Positions 38,233 through 48,211 of a DNA stretch of 64,000 nt are shown here, one piece after another. How positions within the stretch are numbered: the first letter of the stretch is position 1; the number at the start of each line of letters is the position of its first letter. The notes under the pieces were generated by a model that saw only the letters and a program-made list of their open reading frames with translations, searched no databases and was not told the DNA's origin. The stretch spans positions 33,843-97,842 of the forward strand of contig CAZDDU010000001.1 of the NCBI GenBank assembly GCA_964504255.1, read 5' to 3'. Both the position numbers and the translations under genes were made by a program. Source of the DNA: an uncultured Candidatus Saccharibacteria bacterium. Its GTDB lineage: Bacteria > Patescibacteriota > Minisyncoccia > Phycocordibacterales > Zambryskibacteraceae.

Positions 38233-39861
38233 ATGTCTTTAGACGATATTCTCCACAAATTGCTCCACGATAGGAGTATTACTGATAAAGAAGACTTCCT
38301 TACCCCCAACTACAGCAAGCTCCATGATCCACTTCTTTTGCCTGACATGGAAAAGGCTCGAGACAGGGTGCTCCGGGCGATTAAAGATAACGAGCATATT
38401 TTCGTCTTTTCTGATTATGATGCTGACGGTATCCCGGGTGCGGTGGTGATGAAAGATTTTTTTAGAAAAATAAAGTACGACGATGTTTCCTTCTACATCC
38501 CACACAGGCATGACGAAGGTTTTGGCCTTAATACCGATGCAATGGATGAGGCAGATAAGCGAGGTGCGAAACTTATTATCACAATAGACTGTGGTACTGC
38601 GGACTCGATAGAGGTGGCTCATGCAAACTCATTAGGGATTGATGTCATCATTACCGATCATCATGAAGCCAATGAGTTGCCAGACGCCTACGCGATAGTT
38701 AATCCGAAGATTAATCCGCCAGCTGGCGGAAAGAAGTATCCCTTCGATGGACTCTGTGGAGCAGGAGTACTCTATAAACTTATCCAAGCTATATATATGA
38801 AGGAGAGCTTTGGTTTGCCAACTGGAGTGGAGAAGTGGTCGCTTGATATGGTAGCCATAGCGACACTCTCTGATATGGTGCCACTAGTGGGGGAGAACAG
38901 GATCCTCTCTCACTTCGGACTCCAGGTGCTTCGTAAGTCTCCTCGCCCAGGGATACAGGCTCTGTGTAAAAAGCTTGGGATGGATCAGAGATACTTAAAT
39001 GAAGACGACATCGGCTTCATGATCACGCCCCGTATTAACGCCGCATCAAGGATGGGTAAACCCGAAGATGCATTTAACCTTCTTTCCACCACAGATCCGA
39101 GGGAAGCAGAGGAACTCGTCCTGCACCTTGAGAGTATTAATAATGAGAGGAAGGGTATAGTGGCTTCGATAGTGAAGGATGCTAAGAAGCATCTAAGTGA
39201 GAGAGAGAATATTTCTAAAGTAATTGTCATCGGTAACCCCGAGTGGCGACCTGCCCTCCTAGGACTCGTAGCGAACTCTCTTGTAGAAGAGTATGAGCGA
39301 CCAGCCTTCGTCTGGGGGAGAGATGGTGATGATAAGCTCAAGGGCTCATGCCGGTCATATAATGGTTATGATTTATTCGAACTGATGAATCATGTTAAAG
39401 AATCATTTGTAGAGTATGGAGGGCATGCTGGGGCAGGGGGCTTTTCTGTCACACTCGAGAGTTTGGTAACCCTGGAGGAGAGGCTATCAGAAGCGCTCAA
39501 TAAACTCGAGATGACACTCAATAAGACTCATAACAGTTTGGAGATTGAAATCAAAGATGTAGGAGAGGGCTTGTATAGAGTTTTAAATAAATTAGCACCA
39601 TTTGGGATGGGTAACCCGAAGCCAGTGTTTAGGATAAATAACGCTGAGATCAAGTCTTTGAAGCAGTTCGGCAAAGCCAAGGACCACCTCGAGCTAACTC
39701 TCGCACCGAATATCAAAGCGATCTCTTTCTTTTCTAATCCTGATTCATACTCAATCCTACCTACGACCACACTCTGCAATCTCGATGTCCATTTAGAGAA
39801 ATCCTACTTCCGCGGTCGCCCAGAGCTTCGACTTAGGATTGTTGATATAATCTCAACATGA
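38233..39861 (+). CDS. recJ: single-stranded-DNA-specific exonuclease RecJ
   Basis: DHH motifs (VFSDYDADG, IITDHH), DHHA1 region; start at Met49 of track ORF. Confidence 0.85.
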   Translation: MSLDDILHKLLHDRSITDKEDFLTPNYSKLHDPLLLPDMEKARDRVLRAIKDNEHIFVFSDYDADGIPGAVVMKDFFRKIKYDDVSFYIPHRHDEGFGLNTDAMDEADKRGAKLIITIDCGTADSIEVAHANSLGIDVIITDHHEANELPDAYAIVNPKINPPAGGKKYPFDGLCGAGVLYKLIQAIYMKESFGLPTGVEKWSLDMVAIATLSDMVPLVGENRILSHFGLQVLRKSPRPGIQALCKKLGMDQRYLNEDDIGFMITPRINAASRMGKPEDAFNLLSTTDPREAEELVLHLESINNERKGIVASIVKDAKKHLSERENISKVIVIGNPEWRPALLGLVANSLVEEYERPAFVWGRDGDDKLKGSCRSYNGYDLFELMNHVKESFVEYGGHAGAGGFSVTLESLVTLEERLSEALNKLEMTLNKTHNSLEIEIKDVGEGLYRVLNKLAPFGMGNPKPVFRINNAEIKSLKQFGKAKDHLELTLAPNIKAISFFSNPDSYSILPTTTLCNLDVHLEKSYFRGRPELRLRIVDIIST

Positions 39862-40337
39862 TTATTATATTTACCGATGGGGCAGCGAGGGGGAATCCTG
39901 GTGGAGGGGGTTGGGGGGCTATTATAGCCAAGGAGTTTGAGGTTAGGGAAATAGGAGGCAAGGATCCATACACCACCAACAATAAGATGGAGCTTACTGC
40001 TGCCATAGAGGCACTTAAAACTTTAGAATTCGGAGTTGAGGTAGAGCTCTATACAGACTCAGAGTATGTCATGAAGGGGATGACTGAATGGGTATGGAAC
40101 TGGCAAAAGAATGGCTGGAAGACAGCTGCGAAGAAACCGGTAGAGAATCAGGATCTTTGGAAGGATCTTGTATCAGCCAGCGAAGGAAAAAACATTTCTT
40201 GGAAGTATGTTGCCGGTCACTCGGGGAACGAGGCAAACGAGAGATGTGATGAGATAGCGACTAAGTACGCAGACCATTTATCCGTAGAACTATATGCAGG
40301 GAGTCGGGGCGAGTACCCAATCAGTCTCAAGGCCTAA
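39858..40337 (+). CDS. rnhA: ribonuclease HI
   Basis: IFTDGAARGNPGGGGWGAII, TNNKMELTAAIEAL, SGNEANERCDEIA. Confidence 0.9.
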   Translation: MIIIFTDGAARGNPGGGGWGAIIAKEFEVREIGGKDPYTTNNKMELTAAIEALKTLEFGVEVELYTDSEYVMKGMTEWVWNWQKNGWKTAAKKPVENQDLWKDLVSASEGKNISWKYVAGHSGNEANERCDEIATKYADHLSVELYAGSRGEYPISLKA

Positions 40338-41751
40338 TCTTAAAATCCTTCTAGCACTCTGGGGATTCATCTTTGGTATTCTCTTCGCTTCAATAATTTC
40401 GATACACCCCCTTGTATCTATCCTGATTATCTTTGTCGCGCTAACCATTTATGTATTGGATAGAAATGTTTTTATTTTAATAATACTGGTTGCTTTATCC
40501 TTAGGAATACTCAGATACGATATCAAAGACTTTCATGAGTTGTCGCCAGCGGGGAATATGGGTGTAGTGGTGTCCGAGCCCGAGAGCAGAGACAAAGACA
40601 CTCGTTATGCGGTTCTTACTAATACTAGAGAAAAAGTTTTGGTCACTGACGAGATCTTTAGCAAGGTTGAATATGGAGATGAAGTTAAGTGGATAGGAAC
40701 TCCTAAGACTCTAAAACCCGGTGGCTATGCCAACTATTTAGCCAAGGATGATATTTTCTACACCCTTGAGAGAGCGAAGGTGGAGATTGTTTCTCACGAT
40801 AAAGGAAACAGTGTTAAGAGCACTCTCATCAAGGTTAAAAGGTTTCTCACTGACAAAGTTAAAAGTATCTTGCCCGAGCCTGAGGCCAGCCTCCTCTCGG
40901 GCCTAATCGTCTCGGGCAAGCAAGCATTACCCAAAGAAACTTTAGAGAGCTTCAAGGATGCTGGAGTGGTACATATGGTCGTGCTCTCGGGTTACAACAT
41001 TACGATAATCGCTGAATTCTTGCTCATCGTCTTTGCGTTTCTTGGTTCTAGAATTTCAGGCTTTATCGCACTTGGGGGAGTAGTGCTCTTTACTATTATG
41101 TCTGGAGCGCCTGCGACGGTCGTTCGGGGTGCCATTATGGTTTCGTTCCTCTTGCTCGGCCGATTGATGAAACGACCCGGCTCGCCACCAAGAATACTTC
41201 TCTTCACTGCGGTATTGATGCTCCTACACAACCCAAAGATTCTGCTCTATGACCCATCCTTCCAGCTCTCATTCCTCGCTGTGCTCGGACTTATATACGG
41301 TACCCCTCTTGTCGAAAAGCTATTTGCCTCTCACGGTCAAGAGGGAAATTCGAGACAAACAGTTTTTCGACTTCGAGAATTAGTTTCCACCACTTTAGCT
41401 ACACAGCTCTTTGTCTTACCACTTCTTTTATATAGCATGGGCAACTTCTCACTCGTGTTCCTCTTCGCCAATATTCTTATCTTGCCCATTCTCCCAATCG
41501 TCATGCTCATCGGATTCATTGGCACACTACTTTCATTTGTACTTGGTGTCTTGGCTATGCCTATTAACTTCATTACTCACTTGCTACTCGCATACATACT
41601 TAAGGTTGCGGATTTCTTTGGTAACTTACCATTTGCGAGTTTAGAAATAGAAAACTTCCCCTTGTGGGGAAGTTTGGTGATGTATGCGTTGATATTTATT
41701 ATCGTCTGGCATTCTCGAAATTCATCTCCACGCTCTCCCAGTTTAGATTAG
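40294..41751 (+). CDS. comEC: ComEC/Rec2 DNA-internalisation channel, membrane part (DUF4131 + competence domain); no MBL domain in this ORF
   Basis: Multi-TM; LSGLIVSGKQALPKETLESFKDAGVVHMVVLSGYNITII competence motif; start may lie downstream of 40294. Confidence 0.75.
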   Translation: MQGVGASTQSVSRPNLKILLALWGFIFGILFASIISIHPLVSILIIFVALTIYVLDRNVFILIILVALSLGILRYDIKDFHELSPAGNMGVVVSEPESRDKDTRYAVLTNTREKVLVTDEIFSKVEYGDEVKWIGTPKTLKPGGYANYLAKDDIFYTLERAKVEIVSHDKGNSVKSTLIKVKRFLTDKVKSILPEPEASLLSGLIVSGKQALPKETLESFKDAGVVHMVVLSGYNITIIAEFLLIVFAFLGSRISGFIALGGVVLFTIMSGAPATVVRGAIMVSFLLLGRLMKRPGSPPRILLFTAVLMLLHNPKILLYDPSFQLSFLAVLGLIYGTPLVEKLFASHGQEGNSRQTVFRLRELVSTTLATQLFVLPLLLYSMGNFSLVFLFANILILPILPIVMLIGFIGTLLSFVLGVLAMPINFITHLLLAYILKVADFFGNLPFASLEIENFPLWGSLVMYALIFIIVWHSRNSSPRSPSLD

Positions 41752-42298
41752 AGAAGAAGGCTTCGACGTAATTCTTCTTCTCCGCAGGAGTGTAGTCGAG
41801 GTAGTAAGAATGCTCCCACATATCGAGTGCGAGTAGGGGTGTTGCTCCCTGTAGTTGTCCTAGATGTTGTTCATCTACCCAAGAAGCTAGGAAACGATCA
41901 TCTGCCTTGTCGTACCAAAGTATTGCCCAGCCTATTCCTCGAGTCAGTGCCAAGGCTTTAAATTCGGTTAGAAATTTATCCATTGAGCCAAAGAGTTCGA
42001 GAAGTCTCTTGCCTAGCTCGCTTTCCTTATTTAATTCTTTACCTCCACCAGAAAGGGAAGAGAAGTAAACTTCATGGTTTCTCATACCATTGTATTCAAA
42101 GCTGAAACGACGAAATAACTCTCCGACTATGTAAGGATCCTTTGCGCTATCAAGGGATGACATCTTTTCCATAATGAGGTTCGCGTTCTTCACATAACCG
42201 GCATATAGTTTAAGATGCTCATCAATAGTCTTTTTAGAAATGCCGACCAAGTCTCCGATTTCAAATTTCTTTTCTTCGAATGTTTTCATGTACTCCAT
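41699..42298 (-). CDS. sodA: Fe/Mn-family superoxide dismutase
   Basis: DMWEHSYYLDY C-terminal signature; overlaps both flanking ComEC pieces by about 50 bp. Confidence 0.7.
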   Translation of the reverse strand: MEYMKTFEEKKFEIGDLVGISKKTIDEHLKLYAGYVKNANLIMEKMSSLDSAKDPYIVGELFRRFSFEYNGMRNHEVYFSSLSGGGKELNKESELGKRLLELFGSMDKFLTEFKALALTRGIGWAILWYDKADDRFLASWVDEQHLGQLQGATPLLALDMWEHSYYLDYTPAEKKNYVEAFFSNLNWESVEMNFENARR

Positions 42299-43121
42299 TA
42301 TAGCAGTTTTGGTTTTCTCTAACCTTTTTGTGTGGTCGAGAGTTTATTCGAGTAATGAAAGTGAGCTCAAAGTCTACTTCCTCGATGTGGGGCAGGGTGA
42401 CGCGATACTCATTGAGTCGCCCACACAAGGTAGAGTACTTATAGACGGCGGGCCAGACAGGAAGGTGCTAAGTGAGCTTGGTCGAGTCCTGCCCTTCGGT
42501 GACAGACATATTGATGTGGTCATAGAGTCGCACCCAGATGCTGACCACATTACTGGCTTAGTGGAGGTGATAAATAGATTCGGTGTGGATACATTTGTCT
42601 CAACCGGCATGAGATCGACTAACTCACTTGATGAAACACTAGACGAAGTAATACAAGAAAAAGAAATAAATAAGATCCAAGCCAAGAGGGGGGTAAGTCT
42701 CGACCTCGGTGGTGGAGTTGTGCTCACATTGCTCTATCCAAGTGGAAGTATAGAGGGCCTCGAGACGAACGAAGCCTCAATAGTCTCGAAGCTTACTTTG
42801 GGTGAGATGGATTTTATCTTGACTGGAGATTCGACCAAGCTCGCAGAATATAAATTACTCTCATTAAACAAAGAGCTATTGGATTCAGAAGTGTTACAAG
42901 TTGGGCACCATGGGTCAGAGACCTCAAGCTCTCTACTGTATGTACAAGCCGTGAGCCCAGAGTACTCTGTCATCTCTTCGGGCAAAGATAATAGATATGG
43001 TCACCCACACAAGGTAACTCTCGACACATTAAACAAGATAAAGACAAATATATTAAATACTGCAGACGTCGGTAGAATCTTATTTAAAACAGATGGAGAG
43101 AAACTCGAGGTCGAGTATTAG
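42240..43121 (+). CDS. ComEC-type metallo-beta-lactamase domain protein (separate ORF with its own TM helix)
   Basis: VYFLDVGQGDAILIE...VIESHPDADHITGL...QVGHHGSETSSS MBL motifs. Confidence 0.75.
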   Translation: MPTKSPISNFFSSNVFMYSIIAVLVFSNLFVWSRVYSSNESELKVYFLDVGQGDAILIESPTQGRVLIDGGPDRKVLSELGRVLPFGDRHIDVVIESHPDADHITGLVEVINRFGVDTFVSTGMRSTNSLDETLDEVIQEKEINKIQAKRGVSLDLGGGVVLTLLYPSGSIEGLETNEASIVSKLTLGEMDFILTGDSTKLAEYKLLSLNKELLDSEVLQVGHHGSETSSSLLYVQAVSPEYSVISSGKDNRYGHPHKVTLDTLNKIKTNILNTADVGRILFKTDGEKLEVEY

Positions 43122-43360
43122 ATGATACCCGCTTTCTTGAGGACAGAGTGAGCACCACGCTTGTTGATGGTTTTGATAGCGCGAGTAGAGAGGGTGAGAG
43201 TGATAGTCTTCTTCAATTCAGGCACATATATGCGCTTCTTCTGGAGGTTGGGGTACTTCCTAACCATGCCTGTAGGGTTGAATTGGGTAGCACGAGTTCG
43301 GTTGGAGTAACCTCCACCCATGATCGAACCTTTATTATTGACTGGACATACTCTAGCCAT
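43118..43360 (-). CDS. rpmB: 50S ribosomal protein L28
   Basis: MARVCPV...; start at internal Met15 of track ORF. Confidence 0.85.
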   Translation of the reverse strand: MARVCPVNNKGSIMGGGYSNRTRATQFNPTGMVRKYPNLQKKRIYVPELKKTITLTLSTRAIKTINKRGAHSVLKKAGII

Positions 43361-43404
43361 AGTGGGCATTACTCTAACATAATTGATATAATTCGCCAAC
43401 AAGT

Positions 43405-44007
43405 ATGGAATTTATCTTTCAAATCGCAGTATTGATCATGTCGATTGTCATTCATGAGGTGGCCCACGGCTATGCTGCGCGCTACTATGGAGACCTGACT
43501 GCCGAGTATGAGGGGAGACTCACTCTTAACCCAATTAAGCATATTGACCCTGTGGGCTCGGTCTTTGTACCCCTGCTTTCATACCTGTTCGGTGGATTCG
43601 TCTTCGGTTGGGCGAAGCCGGTGCCTTATAATCCCTATAACCTTAAGCCTGGCAGGTGGCCCGAGGCCTTTGTCGCCCTAGCTGGTCCGCTATCTAATAT
43701 CGGTTTAGCTGTAGTATTTGGCCTACTTCTTAGGTTAATGGAGAATCCGAGCCTTAGTTTTGTAACTATCACAGCGGGGATTGTCTATATTAATGTGCTT
43801 CTCGCGGTCTTTAACTTAATGCCAGTACCACCCCTCGACGGGTCGAAGCTCCTCTTTGCTCTCTTCCCCGAGAATATATACAAGCTTCGAAGTTTTTTCG
43901 AAAGATACGGGCTCATCTTGGTACTCTTCTTCATCCTCTTCGTTTGGCAGCTCATTGCTCCTTTGGTCAGCATTTTCTTCACATTCTTGACCGGTTTGGC
44001 TATTTAA
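43405..44007 (+). CDS. site-2 protease family (peptidase M50) membrane protein
   Basis: IHEVAHG zinc motif, polytopic. Confidence 0.75.
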   Translation: MEFIFQIAVLIMSIVIHEVAHGYAARYYGDLTAEYEGRLTLNPIKHIDPVGSVFVPLLSYLFGGFVFGWAKPVPYNPYNLKPGRWPEAFVALAGPLSNIGLAVVFGLLLRLMENPSLSFVTITAGIVYINVLLAVFNLMPVPPLDGSKLLFALFPENIYKLRSFFERYGLILVLFFILFVWQLIAPLVSIFFTFLTGLAI

Positions 44008-44026
44008 GTTAAAGTGAACGCTCTAA

Positions 44027-44440
44027 ATGAGTACGATAAACCAGTTAGTAAAGAAGAGCCGAAACAAGCCAAAAAGGAAGTCCAAGGCTATTGCTTTGAC
44101 GCGCGGTTTCAACACTATTAAGAACCGCCCTGTTTTCTTCAATTCTCCATTCAAGCGTGGTGTGTGTATCAAGGTGACTACTAAGACCCCAAAGAAACCT
44201 AACTCCGCAATCCGTAAGATCGCCCGTGTCCGCCTAAGCAATGGTCAGGAAGTGACTGCCTACATCCCAGGAGAGGGTCACAACCTACAAGAGCACTCAG
44301 TGGTTATGCTCCGTGGTGGTCGTGTGAAGGACCTAGGTATCCGCTACACTATTGTCCGTGGAGTACTCGATACTCAGGGAGTAGAGAAGAGAAGGAAGGG
44401 TCGAAGTCAGTATGGTAACAAGCGCCCAAAGGCTAAATAA
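44027..44440 (+). CDS. rpsL: 30S ribosomal protein S12
   Basis: [10 protein letters not shown]..., [10 protein letters not shown] motif. Confidence 0.95.
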   Translation: MSTINQLVKKSRNKPKRKSKAIALTRGFNTIKNRPVFFNSPFKRGVCIKVTTKTPKKPNSAIRKIARVRLSNGQEVTAYIPGEGHNLQEHSVVMLRGGRVKDLGIRYTIVRGVLDTQGVEKRRKGRSQYGNKRPKAK

Positions 44441-44445
44441 TTTTT

Positions 44446-44916
44446 ATGCGTAGAAAACTTAAAGCAAAACCAAAGATAACCCCAGACTCAGTCTATGACT
44501 CAGAGAAGGTGGCTAAGTTCATCAACTATGTGATGCTCGAGGGCAAGAAGACCACTGCTCGTGGTGTTGTTTACCGAGCACTAGACTCTGTGAAGGAGCT
44601 AAGCAAGAATCCGAATCCTTTGGAGATCTTCGAGACAGCTCTCAAGAACACAGGTCCTACTATGGAAGTCCGTTCAAGACGAGTGGGAGGTGCTAACTAC
44701 CAGATCCCTCGTGAGGTTAGACCAGAGCGTCGTCAATTTTTATCTATGAAGTGGATCGTTGATGCAGCTAGGGGTAAGAAAGGCAAGCCTATGCATGAGA
44801 AGTTGGCTGAGGAGATCATCGCAGCATCAAACAACGAAGGTGAGGCAATCAAGAAGAGAGAGAATACACATAAAATGGCGGAAGCAAACAAGGCCTTCGC
44901 TCACTTGGCTTGGTAA
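44446..44916 (+). CDS. rpsG: 30S ribosomal protein S7
   Basis: 156 aa, S7 signature. Confidence 0.95.
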   Translation: MRRKLKAKPKITPDSVYDSEKVAKFINYVMLEGKKTTARGVVYRALDSVKELSKNPNPLEIFETALKNTGPTMEVRSRRVGGANYQIPREVRPERRQFLSMKWIVDAARGKKGKPMHEKLAEEIIAASNNEGEAIKKRENTHKMAEANKAFAHLAW

Positions 44917-44983
44917 TCCAATCCAACCCTAACAATTTGTGCTGTATAATTAGTGCTAGTTATTTATTAAGCATTAATTATCT

Positions 44984-45505
44984 TTGATGAGAAAATTACA
45001 AAATACTGCCGCCGTCTTCTTTATATGTGCGGTCTTTATCCTTACTATAGTCTCAGTATTCGGTGTGTGGGATCTGTTTGACGGAGATGTCGTTTGGAAG
45101 TCGTTCCAGACCCTAGGCCTGCTATCTATTGTTGCGCTAATAATTATCAAGGCAGGCAAGGTTATGGATGACAAGGCTGGCAGCGTCACTCCTCCACTTG
45201 AGATTTTCGCCTCAATAAGAAAGACGGCTTTCGCTATCCTCATTGTTTCAGCATCGCTCCTCGCTCTTCTCGGCGTGATGTCTATTTGGGATGTTATCGC
45301 TGACAAGGATGTGTTGTATAAGTCTCTCGGATCACTCGTAGTTATCGCCTTCTCTGCCGGAGTGGTCAAAGTAACTTGTGATGCTATGGAGGGTGAGGAT
45401 AGGGTTCATGCTCCTGCTACTACCTCAAACCCAGTTCCTGCGCCAGCACCTGCTCCAGCCCCCACGCAGTACACCCAGCAGAGCGTACCCCCACAGAATC
45501 AGTAG
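44984..45505 (+). CDS. hypothetical 4-TM membrane protein with Pro/Ala-rich tail, inserted between rpsG and fusA
   Basis: 173 aa; PAPAPAPAPT C-terminus. Confidence 0.5.
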   Translation: MMRKLQNTAAVFFICAVFILTIVSVFGVWDLFDGDVVWKSFQTLGLLSIVALIIIKAGKVMDDKAGSVTPPLEIFASIRKTAFAILIVSASLLALLGVMSIWDVIADKDVLYKSLGSLVVIAFSAGVVKVTCDAMEGEDRVHAPATTSNPVPAPAPAPAPTQYTQQSVPPQNQ

Positions 45506-45583
45506 GTCCACGCCTTCTTTCCTTGTATTTTTGTAGGTCGAAATGTACTCTAAGGTCAGACACATTCTCACTTTGAGGTAGCG

Positions 45584-45796
45584 ATGATACTTTCAGGTTT
45601 TTCTCCCAACCAGCAGTCTATGTATGGTGTCAGGAAACAGGTTCGGGTCATCAGGGTGACCGGCACCGTCAACGATCCTTGGTATACGATCAAGAACCCA
45701 CTCGGCAAGAAGTATGTTCTCGGCGTCAGAGACCTCCATGGAGTCAGGGTCCTGGGCGTCTTCAAGAGAGAACGCACTAAGAAACCTCGGGCATGA
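45584..45796 (+). CDS. small hypothetical protein (70 aa) with its own SD and terminator
   Basis: GAGGT 5 nt upstream of ATG; hairpin AACCTCGGGCAtgaTGCCTGAGGTT + TTTTC at 45774-45808. Confidence 0.5.
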   Translation: MILSGFSPNQQSMYGVRKQVRVIRVTGTVNDPWYTIKNPLGKKYVLGVRDLHGVRVLGVFKRERTKKPRA

Positions 45797-45897
45797 TGCC
45801 TGAGGTTTTTCATTTGATTATCTATTGAACTTGCGGTATCGTAAGGGCATCTAAGCCATTTAGGCTTTTTATTTTTATCCCAACAAATTAATAATTT

Positions 45898-48066
45898 ATG
45901 GAACGAGATTATCCTTTAGAGAGAGTTCGAAACTTCGGTATTATTGCGCACATCGATGCAGGCAAGACCACGACTTCAGAGCGCGTGCTCTTCTACACCG
46001 GAGCTCAACACAGTATTGGTGAGGTGCACGAAGGTGAGACTACTACTGACTGGATGGAGCAGGAGAGGGAGCGCGGTATTACTATTACTGCAGCTGCTAT
46101 TACATGTTTCTGGGCGCCAACATATCTAAGTGATGCAGATAGAAACGATGCGAAGAAGAAGTTCCGCTTCAACGTGATCGACACTCCTGGGCACATTGAC
46201 TTCACCGTGGAGGTTAAGAGAAGTCTTCGAGTGCTCGATGGCGCAGTGGTCGTCTTCGACGGCGTGGCAGGAGTAGAGCCTCAGTCTGAGACCAACTGGC
46301 GTTATGCCGAGGAAGCTCAGGTGCCTCGCATCTGCTTCATCAACAAGCTCGACCGTACAGGAGCTTCTTTCGAGCGCTCATACAAATCTATTTTAGACAG
46401 ACTTTCTAAGAAGGCGGTTCGCTTCCAGATCCCAATTGGTGAGGAGGACAAGCATGAGGGAGTTATAGACCTACTTAAGATGAAGGCGTACTTCTTCGAG
46501 GGCAACATGGGTAACAAGGTTATAGAGAAGGATATCCCAGCTGAGTACATGGCTGATGCTACCAAGTATCGTGCTGATCTTGTGGAGAGAATCGTAGAGA
46601 ACGACGAGGGTCTCATGACCGCGTACCTAGAGGGTAAGGAGATCTCTATCGAAGCACTCAAGGAGACTTTGAGAAAGGCTGTGATTGCGAACAAGATCTT
46701 CCCTGTGATGACGGGTTCTGCTCTTAAGAACAAGGGAGTACAGCTTGTACTCGATGCGGTTGTTGATTACCTACCAAGTCCACTCGACATCCCCCCAGTG
46801 AAGGGTATTAACCCAGAGACAAATGAAGAGGTACTTAGACATGCGTCTGACACAGAGCCTTTCTCTGCACTCGCCTTCAAGCTACAAGCAGACCCATTCG
46901 TTGGTCAGCTTACGTTCTTCCGCGTGTACTCAGGAACAATTGAGAGTGGTTCTTATATATACAACTCAACTACAGGCAACAAGGAGAGATTAGGACGCAT
47001 TGTTCGTCTTCAGGCCAACCAAAGAGAGGAGGTTAAGAAGGTTTTCGCAGGAGAGATTGCTGCAGCTGTAGGACTCAAGGAGGCGAAGACTTCGCACACC
47101 TTCTCTGACGAAGCAAACCCAATTATCCTCGATCAGATCACCTTCCCAGAGCCAGTTATCTCACTTCGTATCGAGCCTAAGACCAAGGCCGACCAAGAGA
47201 AGATGGGTATGGCACTTAAGCGTCTGTCAGACGAGGATCCAACATTCAGAATTAAGTCTGACTCAGAGACAGGGGAGACTGTGATCATGGGTATGGGTGA
47301 GCTACACCTCGAGATTATTGTCGACCGTATGAAGAGAGAGTTCTCAGTCGAGGCGAATGTGGGCAAGCCTCAGGTGGCATACAAAGAGACTATTACTGGA
47401 TCTGCAGAGGTGGAGAACAAGTACATCAAGCAGACAGGAGGTAAGGGTCAATACGGTCACGTTAAGATCACTATCAAACCAATTGAAGCACTCGACCCAG
47501 AGGCCAAGATTCCTAAGAATGTGCACCGTGAGGAAGGATTCGAGTTCATCGACTCTATTAAGGGAGGAGTTATTCCACAGGAGTTTATCCCAGCTGTTGA
47601 GAAGGGTATTAGAGAGGCAATGGACAGAGGTATCCTTGCAGGATTCAAGATGACAGATATTTCTGCCGAGCTCACTTATGGTTCTTACCACGATGTGGAT
47701 TCTTCGGAAATCGCATACAAGATTGCAGCCTCACAGGCGTTCCAAGAAGCAGCTAGGAAGGCGAAGCCGGTAATACTCGAGCCAATCATGAAGGTTGAGG
47801 TGGTTGTGCCAGAGAAGTTCATGGGAGATATTACTGGTAACCTCTCAAGTAAGCGCGCACAGATCGAAGCAATGGAAGACAGAAACGAACTCAAGGTCGT
47901 ACGTGCCAAGGTGCCTCTATCCGAGATGTTCGGTTATGTAACCAACCTCCGTTCAATGACCGAGGGTAGAGGATCATCAACTATGGAGTTCGACCACTAC
48001 GCTATCGTGCCTAAGAATGTCGAAGCCGATATTATTGAGAAGAGAACCGGTGCTAAGGCTGCATAA
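45898..48066 (+). CDS. fusA: translation elongation factor G
   Basis: [10 protein letters not shown]1, DTPGH; 722 aa. Confidence 0.95.
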   Translation: MERDYPLERVRNFGIIAHIDAGKTTTSERVLFYTGAQHSIGEVHEGETTTDWMEQERERGITITAAAITCFWAPTYLSDADRNDAKKKFRFNVIDTPGHIDFTVEVKRSLRVLDGAVVVFDGVAGVEPQSETNWRYAEEAQVPRICFINKLDRTGASFERSYKSILDRLSKKAVRFQIPIGEEDKHEGVIDLLKMKAYFFEGNMGNKVIEKDIPAEYMADATKYRADLVERIVENDEGLMTAYLEGKEISIEALKETLRKAVIANKIFPVMTGSALKNKGVQLVLDAVVDYLPSPLDIPPVKGINPETNEEVLRHASDTEPFSALAFKLQADPFVGQLTFFRVYSGTIESGSYIYNSTTGNKERLGRIVRLQANQREEVKKVFAGEIAAAVGLKEAKTSHTFSDEANPIILDQITFPEPVISLRIEPKTKADQEKMGMALKRLSDEDPTFRIKSDSETGETVIMGMGELHLEIIVDRMKREFSVEANVGKPQVAYKETITGSAEVENKYIKQTGGKGQYGHVKITIKPIEALDPEAKIPKNVHREEGFEFIDSIKGGVIPQEFIPAVEKGIREAMDRGILAGFKMTDISAELTYGSYHDVDSSEIAYKIAASQAFQEAARKAKPVILEPIMKVEVVVPEKFMGDITGNLSSKRAQIEAMEDRNELKVVRAKVPLSEMFGYVTNLRSMTEGRGSSTMEFDHYAIVPKNVEADIIEKRTGAKAA

Positions 48067-48095
48067 ATAAAGTAAGTTAGAAAGACAAAACCTTC

Positions 48096-48124
48096 TTGAC
48101 AATCTAGGAGGTTTGTGCTATTAT
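48096..48124 (+). promoter_or_regulatory. near-consensus sigma70 promoter driving the GC-rich SPFH gene
   Basis: TTGACA - 17 nt - TATTAT; AAGGAGG SD 8 nt before the ATG at 48212. Confidence 0.6.
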
Positions 48125-48211
48125 CGAAGTAGAGTACTTTTAGTTGTAAGTTGTGTGTACATGCTTCAAATTCGTAGGTCCACGTAGTTCCCCCTCAAGG
48201 AGGAGTTTCGA

